Positions 40,659 through 50,683 of a stretch of DNA of 64,000 bases are shown here, in pieces. Position 1 is the first letter of the stretch. Every line of letters begins with the position of its first letter. This DNA is from Tricharina praecox (Eukaryota), in contig NW_026250411.1 in assembly GCF_024521635.1 (NCBI RefSeq), positions 248,001-312,000 of the forward strand, given 5' to 3'. The notes below the pieces were generated by a model. The model did not search any database, was not told the origin of the DNA, and saw only the letters and a program-made list of their open reading frames with translations. The position numbers and the translations under genes were made by a program.

Positions 40659-41539
40659 CTAGCAAGTGAACGGGCGAGGACCTATTGCACAAATATCAGC
40701 AACCGCTTTTGGGGGTGGGGGATCACGTCGCCTACCTGGAATAGTGTAACTAATGGTGCTCGCATAGAGGTTAAACTTGATACCAGCATCAGTTCCCGCA
40801 TAGATGCCTGGGATATTGTAGGTAGCGGGGCTCGTGCTGCCACCGCTCGTGAGCCTGATCTGGGCGCACTCCATGTACAGCTGTGCGCCGGGGTAGCTTC
40901 CGGCGGCGTGAAGGGCGATCAGCTCGCCGCGAAGCAGGTAGTCGCCCGCGGGAAGACACGACGGCAGCGTGACGGTGACTTTGCCCTTGTTCGTGATCAG
41001 CTTGTCAACGCCCCATACCCCGTTCGTGTACCCGTCCTCGTAGATCTTGAACCAGCCGCTGTTAGGGATCGCGCCCGTCGCCGAGGAGACTTTGGACATG
41101 TAGACCATGACTAAGGGTTTGTTAGACTGGGAAAAGGAAGGTGGGGGAAGGGGGAAGTACCAGGTCCCTTGTGCGAAGCGTCAATGATCAACCCCGTGTC
41201 AAAGTCCGAGTCGAGCGTCTGGCCCCACTGCAGCGTGATCTGTGCTCCGGCGGGCACCGAGGCTACGTCCGACGAGATCTTGACGAGCGGGTTGGGGCCG
41301 CCGTTGCAGGCCATCTCCGTTGCTGTCACGTCGGTAATGGGACCGTCGTAGCTGGGGAGACGCATGTACTGGTGTCCTATTCATCCAGTCAACATCCACC
41401 ACCAACTCAGAGGAGGAGGAGGACGAGGGGGAGACATACGAGTCTGCATCACGCCGTTGATTCCAATCTGCTGGAAGATGGTGTGTGCCGACGCCGCGGT
41501 GGCGGCCAGGAGCACGCTCAGGATAGAGAAGGACTTCAT
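40659..41539 (-). CDS. AA9 lytic polysaccharide monooxygenase, no CBM1, 237 aa precursor
   Basis: Exons 41539-41440, 41376-41161, 41110-40736 and 40681-40659. 18-aa signal peptide followed by His1 (HTIFQQ). Motifs RLPSYDGPITDV, ACNGGPNP, DASHKGP (second brace His84), WFKIYEDG, YLLRGELIALH, GAQLYMECAQ (axial Tyr) and the PGPRPFTC end. Resembles C4-oxidising NcLPMO9A-type enzymes. Confidence 0.96.
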
Positions 41540-41650
41540 TCTGGATTCTGGATCTTGTGTTGTAAAGGAAGGACTGTACTGTACTGTACTGCGGTAGTAT
41601 CTCTGTGGATATAGAAATATTGCAAAAACCAATGGGGAATCCTCGAGGGG

Positions 41651-42475
41651 TTTATATATCCCCTATTCTTCACCTATGGGTTCGTATATGGACATGTCAA
41701 TATAGACGGAAACAATTACAACCGCCATCAACGATCCCGCCCCCCGGAGTTAATATCTCTGCAACCCCACTACGTACGCTGAACGACCATCGACGGCTGA
41801 AAGGGGAAACATCTCGCTAGCCAGACGTCAACCCTCCCCTCCCTCCTCTTGCCGCTCCCCGCAAATTGAAGGGGTTGAAGGGGGGTGACCACGACAGCAT
41901 AAGTACCACCGGCGCCTCTGCCCTGTCGATCCGGGGTCGGCGCCTTTTGCTCGCTCTTGCTTGCTCTTTCTCGTGATGACGCGCAGGGATTCCCGCGAAG
42001 CTTTCCGGCGGCCCTGTATTCCGCGGGGGAGGGGGCCCGGGGGGTCAGTGCAGTGCAGGTCGGGGTCGGAGATATAAATCTGTCGGATAAATGCACGCTA
42101 TGTACCTGTCTACAGCTGTCTATATACCCTACACACCCTACAGTGCACGCTTGACAGGAAGGCAGGATAGGCAAGACAGGCTGGATTTCGGAAGTTAATT
42201 ATTTTCATACACTCTATGTGAACCCCCCCTTCCTCCCACACCACGTGGTTGTGAAGATAGTATGGTATGCAGGCACTCTGCATGTGCATTGTGGGCGGTG
42301 CGGGGCGAGCGGTGTCGTGAGGGCATCTACCTATGTAGGAGACGAGATGGCAGTGGCTTATGGGATGGATGCGATGCACACGACCAGCTGACCCTCGGAA
42401 GGAAGTGAAAAACTGAAAAACTGAAAGTAAGACCGCGCGTGTCCACTGTCCACTGTCAACTGTCGAGCTCCGGGG
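41651..42475 (-). promoter_or_regulatory. AA9 promoter: TATA box, clustered CreA-type SYGGRG sites, XlnR-like site
   Basis: TATATAAA (minus strand) at 41651-41658. SYGGRG matches at 41744, 41857 (reverse), 41931, 42023, 42037, 42300 and 42470. GGCTGA at 41795-41800. The region is GC-rich, so some matches may be chance. Confidence 0.5.
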
Positions 42476-43931
42476 ACCGGCCAACCCGTCGGACCACCTT
42501 CCCGACACAACAACAACCACAGGTCGAGGACTCGAGGTTTCCAACAACCGGGAGGATGGGTGAGATCCCCCGCGCAATCTCCGGAATCGTCGACAAGCCT
42601 TTCCGAGCGAAAAGAAAAAGAAGAAAATGCGGGTCGTAGTCAATGATGTAGCCATGAAAATTCCTGGAATCCCCACCCCCCAAAATCGACGACGAAGTCG
42701 AAGGAAAACTTCGGATTCCGCGCTTCCGTTTGATCCGAGATCCCTAGATCTCTCCACAGACCTACATAGGTAGGTAAGTAGGTAGGCCTAGGACGATAGG
42801 TATGCGGAATGGCGGTGGTAGGCGATTACCTATGGTAAGTAAGCAGCTATAGTTAGCCAGCTGAGTCTCCGGCGGACTCGACAGTTGGCAGTCGGGAAGA
42901 GAAAGAAACCATCATCACCTGAGTCCCTGTCCCGCCCCGCCTCGGCTCCAGTCTCCGCCCCCTGAGCTCTCAGCATCCAATAGGCCATCGGAAATCCCCA
43001 CCACCGACAATGGTGACAGTAACAAAGACAACCACAGAGGCTCCATCGGACTCCCAACTCCTCACTGCCCACTCCCCACTCCCCACTCCCCACATCCTCC
43101 AGAATTTTCAGAATCTCGAAGTGCACGAGTCCAGTCCTATGCCAACCCACCTACCTACCTCCTCAGGCCAATACATATAGTGCCGTATACCAGCGCATAC
43201 GTAGACTTTCCTTGCCGCCTTCCTGATTGAAAGCCTCCTCCCCTCATATATTCCGCCGTGGTATTCGGCAAGGTCAGATGGCATCGACACCAGCTATAAC
43301 CAGCCATGTATAACCGGCTATAACCCGTGGATGGTACATACTTCATAAGTTATGATAAGTAGCCATTATGCCTTCCAAGCACCAATTCACGCAGACACCC
43401 AAGCACTCAAGCACACATTCACGCCGCACAGGATCCGCGAAGGATTCCCAATGGCATCCCCCTCGCCACGGTTCAAAACCCAGATGCGAGCGAGCGAGCA
43501 TATATCCTCCTCAGCCCTCAGCCCGCAGCCCCCAGTCCGCGAGCTTCACTCCTCTCTCTTCTGGTAGGTACCATGGATCGGGCCCTTCCTACTATCATAA
43601 TTCAATACAGAAGTATCGATGAGATAGGTAAGTTGGTACGACATCCCCGCTCTGCCCTGCCTATGTACCGGATGAGGCCGTGGACTCGTGGTGTAGCAAC
43701 TCCGGTAACGAACGATCCGTGAATGGAAGAAACGAGCTCGAGCTGTTCACGTCGTGACCTGCCGCCGCCGCTGGCGCCTTAGTATCCGGATTCTGTCGAA
43801 TATATAGATCAGGAACAAAACAAATGTATGGGATAGGTACTTGGTAGGTACATCATCATTACGGTCACTCGCTCCCCAGCCACGAGCAACAGCCACGCGT
43901 GGCGTGGTGTCGATCAGATTGGCACGTCTTC

Positions 43932-44230
43932 CCATTGCCATTGCCATTGCCATTGCCATTGCCATTGCCATTCGCATTCCCATTCCCATTCCCATTCTCA
44001 TTCCCATTCCCATTCCCATTCTCAGTCCCATTCCCATTCCCATTCCAGCCTTCAACTTCCTATTCGATCCACCGCCATCCATCAACTTCCCCACCCCTCC
44101 CTCCTTCCTTCCCTCAATGCAAATTGAAGAATATTCGTATCAATGCAACCCAACCCAACCCAACCCAACCCAACCCATCTCAAGCACATAAAAGCACATA
44201 AAAGCACATAAAAGCACATAAAAGCACATA
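43932..44230. repeat. Microsatellite block: (CCATTG)n to (CCATTC)n, (CCCAA)n, (AAAGCACATA)x5
   Basis: About 19 hexamer units at 43932-44046, pentamers at 44147-44176, five 10-mers at 44181-44230. Confidence 0.9.
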
Positions 44231-44449
44231 CGTAAGCTAAGTAGTAAACAATCGTGTAAGTAAGGTGCCCGCCAGCCAGCCGTAATATAAAGACATGTAA
44301 AGACATGTAAGTAAAGACATGCAATGCAATGCAAGCAAGCCCCCCAGGCAAGAAATTATAGCAGAGTTTGCTCAAATACACCCAAACGCCGTACCCCCTC
44401 CCTCCCGCCCAGAAAAAGTGACGAATCAAAGCCTACCAGCCCAGAAATC

Positions 44450-46568
44450 CTAACCCCGGGCTCCGCCGCCATCGCCGCCATTATCGCCAGCACCCCCAGC
44501 ACCACCACCACCCCTATCCGCGCTCTTCATATCGAGCAGCATTCCATCGTGCCCGCCATGCGTAAGACAGCCGATGCACGTGCATCCCTCGCCGCACTTA
44601 CACCCGCCCATGCCCTCGGCACACCCCGTGCCGTACTTATAGTCGCAGATGACGAAGTCATTGAAGTCGCCCATAGAGTCCTGGGGGGCGTCGGCGTCGC
44701 CATCGTCATGGTAGCCATCGTACGCGAGCGGTCCCTCAGGGCTGAAGCCCGAGTTCATGTTTCCACCGCCGCCGCCGCCAAGGGAGGGATCGAACATTCC
44801 CTGCTGCGGCGCATCCATGAGCTCCATGTTCTGGCGGATGTGAGCGAGCATCGCCGGGTTGTGCGGATGGTCGGCGCACGGCACGCAGCGGCAGGAGTCG
44901 CCGCATTTGCAGCGCGGGGAGCTGGGCGTCATGAGGATTTCCTCGCGCGGTTGGATTTGCTGCTGCTGCTGGTTTCCGCCGCAGCAGCAGCCGACGTGGC
45001 TGGTGAAGGGGGGTGGTGGCGGTGGGGATTTGGGTTTGGTGCTGCAGCAGCCGCCACCACCACCGCCACCACCACCACCACCGTTTCCGTTGTTGGCGGG
45101 GGAGGAGGAGGAGCTGTAGGCTGAGTTTGCGCAGGGACTGTTGGCACTGCTGGAGAGATTGCTGTCCTCCGTTCCGGCTGTGCTTTGGCCGCGCAGTGTT
45201 ATGAATGGTAGTTGACCACTGCTAATCACCTTCGACAGTTCCATAAAATCGATGTTTGCAGCTCGAACCTGTTGTATAACCGCCCATTCCTGTTGCGTAA
45301 GTTCCACCGTCACGGTTCCCACATTGAGGTTGCCACCCGGTGGTGGCTTCGTGGGGATTGGTGCAGGGGCAGTCCTCTTTTCACAGCAACTGGATCCATC
45401 CCCATGCAAGGAGGTGTTTAGGTTGGGCAGCCGGTCGTAGGAAGACTCCGCTGGCGCGAAGAGGGCGACGGACTGCTGCGGTATCGGCGCTAGGTTAGGC
45501 GGGGCCTGGGTGAAAAAGTTCGTCGAAGGTTTCATGAACTGGTCGATAAACGATGGATTTCCCTCTAGATGTGGAAACACGGGATTGAAATCTGGATTCG
45601 TTGCGGGGAAACCCGGCGCTGAAGCCTGAGACATTGAAAGATGATCGATACCACTGACCGCTGACGACATCGGTGGAGGTCCTGATATCCGTTGCGGCCA
45701 ATCATTGTTCACTTCCGAAATCGTCTGGCCAAACGGCTGATTCGGATCTGCGGGCGGGTCGTCGCGAGGGACGAGTCGCTTTACAACGCTGATGCCTTGC
45801 TGGGTAGGAACAGGACCAGTGAGGACATCGAACGCATGCCATCCAGGATCGGTGCACGGCGTTCTGCTCGGGGTGACTATGCTGTTTTCTCCCAGCCTTG
45901 GTGCACCTGTTTTCTCCGATTCCACCCGGGCTGCCTCCGACCTGAAAGCTTCCACGGCCTCTTCCGAGACTATGCTTTTCTTCCGCCGCGGGTTGGGCCG
46001 CTTGCTGATTCGGCCTTTCTTGACTCCGTTTTGCGCGGCATCATTCGTTTCGGGTAGCGTGGGTAGAGGTGTAGGAGGCGGTAGAGGCTGAATGGTATCC
46101 ACAGTTTCTCGTTTCAGACAGGAGCAGCTTTTCACTACGGGCATCATGTCAGTACCCGATACTTTTTATTTTACAGCGATGTGACCACCCGAGGGAGATT
46201 GTCCTTGCTTCAACAGTAGGACAGAGAGGGTTGCTCGCCTTTAGGTATGGCAACCTGCACGAGATCACCGCCACAGTTGCAAGCCTCCATGGGGGGATTC
46301 CCATTTGCCATGGACTCTGCCGATGTATTGACGAAGGTCCCCGGTGGAATGGAATCCGGCAGGACATGTGGACAGTTGTTGAGAGGCCTTCCGGGCTTCC
46401 GCACCTTGTAGAGGATCCTGTCGTAGTGGGTACATTTTGAGCTGCGGTGACCTTTGGTGCAAGAGTAGCTATCGGAGGGAAGGAGAAGGTCAGTTCGGTC
46501 CAGTTAGGGGAAGCCCAGCACGGATCAGCAACTCACCAAGCCCATTTCTCGCCCTTCCAGTACGGCAT
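44450..46568 (-). CDS. Copper-fist transcription factor of the GRISEA/Mac1/Cuf1 type, ~648 aa
   Basis: Exons 46568-46537, 46468-46239 and 46134-44450. Copper fist MPYWKGEKWACYSCTKGHRSSKCTHYDRILYKVRKPGRPLNNCPH; GRISEA-like CNCGG..VAIPK..CSC. Two C-terminal CxCx3CxCx2Cx2H motifs (CKCGDSCRCVPCADH and CKCGEGCTCIGCLTH), typical of copper-starvation sensors. Confidence 0.9.
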
Positions 46569-49096
46569 GATTGGCGACTAGTGAAAGAGCTATATATTTC
46601 CGCCTCTTCGGCTGCGCAACTCTCCCGTGATGTGGATGGGTGGATGGATGGATGCTTCAACGAATCCGGAGCGCGTGCACACAAGTAGAGCTAATTCTTT
46701 TTTTCGACGTTCTCTCTTTCCGGAAGACAAGGGTCTATCCTGCGCACACGGAACAAGGTGCGGGGCGGAAAGAGGAGGGGGGAGGGGTAGATGAAATATC
46801 GCAAATTCGCTCAGCTGCTTGCTGCTGCTGCGGGAAGCGGATGGGAAAGTATGGTACGGGAGCGGGATATGAAGCGACCCAGCTGCTCGGGAAGCTTGCG
46901 ATAGACGATGAATCGGGTATTGGGGTCAGGAGGCGAGAAAAATCTGGCGTTGGAGAGGCGGTTCTGTTGCTGGGGCCAGCGGTCACCAGTATTGCGATGA
47001 GACAGCAAGTAGGTCCCAATCCAATACTTGGTACTGGAAGTGTTTCCGTTGCGAGGGAAGTAGATAGACACGGGGGGCTGGCTACAGCGATGGACGGATG
47101 GAAGGATGAACGGATGGAGGGGGCACTGAAGAAAAAAGCACATCAGAGAAGAGAGCCACACATTTCGATTCTGTGTAAACTACGTACAGCATAGGCAGGT
47201 ATAAGTTCTTACAGGGCCCTCGCCGTAAGCTCGTTCGGGGTTTCTTTCTTCCCGCGCAGCTGGGCTTATGAGATATCCGCTCAGCGTCCGCCGCCCGTTT
47301 CCGCCAGCCTGCAAGCAGATCGGGTCGAGTTGTGCAGTGGGGAGGTATAACCCCCAGAACAGTACCGCAGAAGCTCTCCCCGTCCGACGGCACAAGCTAC
47401 TACAGCTGAACGGTTCGGTGCTGTATCTTCACTGCGTTGAGACGACGCCACAGACGTGTGGACAGGCCTTCGGTTCTGGAGAGGAACGCGTTAGGTGAAT
47501 CGACGATTTGCACGTTTGCGGCGGGGCATGAGGTGGGCAGTTGTTTGCGAGGGTTTCGTTGGCTGGGTTCGGGAGGCTATTGTTGCTGACACGGGCAGGG
47601 CGACGGGGCGACGATGGGGTTGTGTCTCGGGCGGTGTCCGGAGGAGGTGACGGTTGCGGCTATCTCCAGATACTCGGTGGTGGTGGTGCAGACCCGTCGT
47701 TCGCGAAAGCATGTTGGGTTGTGGTGAGGTACGAAGGCTTGAGTTAAAACGAGAGAGTTTCTCCCGAAGCGGTAAGCGGCATTACCGGGGTGTGGTGAAT
47801 CCCAGGCGGTGGGACGGCGTGGAGGGGTGAGGTGGGGGCGTGGCTGAAGATCGAACACCGGCAGCTGAAGTACCATTCAGACTTATGATAGAAAGAAGAC
47901 GAGAAGTCGAGTGCACAAAAAAAGAACCGGGCGTCGGTGGTACGGGCTCGAGGTCACACTCTATTTGCCATTCAGGCTGAGGATCGGATGACAGCAGCAA
48001 GTCGAGAAGTCAAGAAGTCGAGTGCACGAGTGGAAGCCGCGACGAAAGAACCGAGTGTCTGTGGCACGGCTCGAGTCACATGTCGCAGGAAAAGTGTGTC
48101 AACTCACCATCGATCACTCGGACACATTCTCGGCTTGCGGCCTTGAAACCGGCAGTGGCTATTGAGACTACCGTATTTACTATACGCGCAACGATGCCCG
48201 TCCTTGAGATGACACTCGGCATTAGAAGGCGAGAGAACGCTCCCAACAGCGTGTTATCGTCAGCCTTCCTAACGACGGCGGTTACACACGCATCTCTCCA
48301 TCTCACCAGATCTCGAAATCACGATGATCGATCTTCGCGGCGGAGTCGGATCACGTAACCAACTGCGAGCGCACGATTATGTTATGTAAGATCCAGCCCT
48401 CGGCGGGGAGAAACTTCAATTCCGATCGATTCATGCCCCAAGTGCCCGCAGCACCCCCCACCCCGATTCGAGCTCGCCTACCTATGCACACCTAGAGTAC
48501 ATGCCTACATGCCGTATGTAGGCCCACAATGCCGTTGCCGCGAGACAACAACTAAACGGAATACTTTGTTACAGATGCAGCCACATTCCTGCTTCTCGTT
48601 ATCGATCTGCCGTGGCTACTGATGTGATGTAAGTACGGTACTGTAGAGTACTGACTCTGAGACGCTGACGATGCCGACATGCCCCGCCCCACCCTGTCCC
48701 GCCCCACCCCGCTCATGTGTGGAATCAGCAGCCCTATCCTCACGTGTAGATACCCTACCGATGCTCACGTAGGCCGTCCGACTCCACCGGCTCGCTCCGG
48801 CCATATATAAATAATACTCAAGAGTCAATACCCGCATGATGCGTACCTGTAAGAGCTAACTAATCCTGTAGGCCTGCAAGTCTGCAAGCCTCCACATGCG
48901 GGGTGGTTTATGTAGAGTATAATATTTTATCATACACCATATAAGCCTCTACCATCATCACTAATTATCGCTCCGTATACACTTAATCAGATCCACATGC
49001 GTCGCATGAATTCCCATTCTGTTGAAAATCCGAGAGAAGAACTTGACTTGACTTGATTGATGTACCCAACGATACGAGAAATATTCGAAAGGAGAC

Positions 49097-49376
49097 GTGC
49101 TTATGGAAACGAGCTCGTGTAAACAACGAGATGAAGCGGGGCCTCAGACAGAGGATTCGACGATAGCCGTCTTCGTCGCCGGACTCGGGCTGGGGGCCCG
49201 AAGGCTTAGCTACAGAGACCGACTCTGGTGAGAAGCCAGGGACAATACTACCGTATTAAGTGCCACGAAGGCCATGAATGAAGGCTGTATGCAACGATGC
49301 AAAACGACAGAGGACAGAGAGAAGTATCAGTGATACCGTAGCTAACAGGCAGTAAGACGCATAATACCTATCAACA
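49097..49376 (+). repeat. Dispersed repeat copy A (homologous to 58486-58729 in reverse complement)
   Basis: Colinear shared blocks: GGAAACGAGCT, TAAACAAC.AGATGAAGC, CCTCAGACAG, GATAGCCGTC, GGGCTGGGGGCC, TGGTGAGAAGCCAGGGACAAT, GCCACGAAG, ATGAAGGCTG, CAGTGA.ACC, TAAGACGC. Confidence 0.85.
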
Positions 49377-49387
49377 AATTCCAGTGG

Positions 49388-49527
49388 GTGGAGTTGAGTG
49401 AGTGGAGTTGAGTGAGTGGAGTTGAGTGAGTGGAGTTGAGTGAGTGGAGTTGAGTGAGTGGAGTTGAGTGAGTGGAGTTGAGTGAGTGGAGTTGAGTGAG
49501 TGGAGTTGAGTGAGTGGAGTCGAGTGA
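49388..49527. repeat. (GTGGAGTTGAGTGA)x10 14-mer minisatellite
   Basis: Nine perfect units plus one with a T>C change. Confidence 0.95.
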
Positions 49528-50683
49528 CGGGAGGTGTGACCGTGTGGGGTTGGGTGGGAGAGTTAAGTTAAGTTAACGTTGGGCAGAGTACCAACATCCA
49601 GTTTTCCCGCAACGACGAAACGATGGTACTACTGCCCTGGGGTAGTAACACGATAGGTATCCCTTCTCGTTCCGACGCGGGTCCCCGGGGAAGCGGCTAT
49701 CACCCCGTGTCTCCATGTCTCCATGCCTCATCTCATCTCGTCGAGTCGTCCGCAGCGTCAGACCCCGATAATCTCGCCCACGGCCGCCTGAACTTCAGTT
49801 CGAACTTCGGTACCTACATCCTATCGAACGCCCCGGGGCTAGTATTGAACTTCTTACGTTGCAGTGGGGACTTGGAAGTTGGGTGCCGATGAACGTGGTG
49901 CGCGGAGAGGAGGTTGATACCCTCGGTGTTGTCTTCTACTTATGTACCGCAATCCCGCAATCCCGCAATCCCGCAATCCCGCAGTCTCACATTTCCTCAA
50001 TTCCAAACTCACAATCCCGCAATCCCACAGTCCCGCAGTACACAGTCCCACACAGTACACAGCACCACAGTAACACCTGTTGTGCCGCAACCGCAACCTC
50101 AACCTTCCCCTCCACGAGTCCACATGATCTGCTCTGTGTACCTACTAACTAGTATGATACGCAAAACCGCTCCTGTCTCCGCCATCAGATAAACCCCTAC
50201 CGTACCTACGGGTTGAAGTTTGGAACTTTCGCGATCGCTCAATACTCGAATCTCGGCGCTCTTAGATGCGAAACAAGTTACCTCGACCCAACTAGCCGCT
50301 GCCCTCCAGGCCTACCCCAGACTTCAAAGATCGGTCGCCGCTAGCTGTCAAGCAGGGGCCATCGGGTGATGTTCCATGAATATTCACTGACATCACGAAA
50401 ACAGCCCCGGAAAGCACTGATACTTCCAGATTCTACTTTTTATTAATAGATAGAGAAATCATCCACGCATCACCAGGTATCCGACAAAGCACATACAGAA
50501 CAAAGCACTCAGAACACACAAAAGAATTTGCTCGCTCGCTCTCTCCCGTAGATGCGAATCGAGATGACAACCGAAAGTAAAAGAATTCCCGTCCAAATAC
50601 ACCGAAACAAAAAAAAAACACCGAAATAGGAAAAACGAGAAAGCTAGATTATGATGAACCGGTTAAATTTAGCTCCAGCTGGC

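Noticed and set aside
49388..49527. Regular array considered as a CRISPR or telomere
   Set aside because: No spacers, eukaryotic context, and the unit is not TTAGGG; it is a simple minisatellite.
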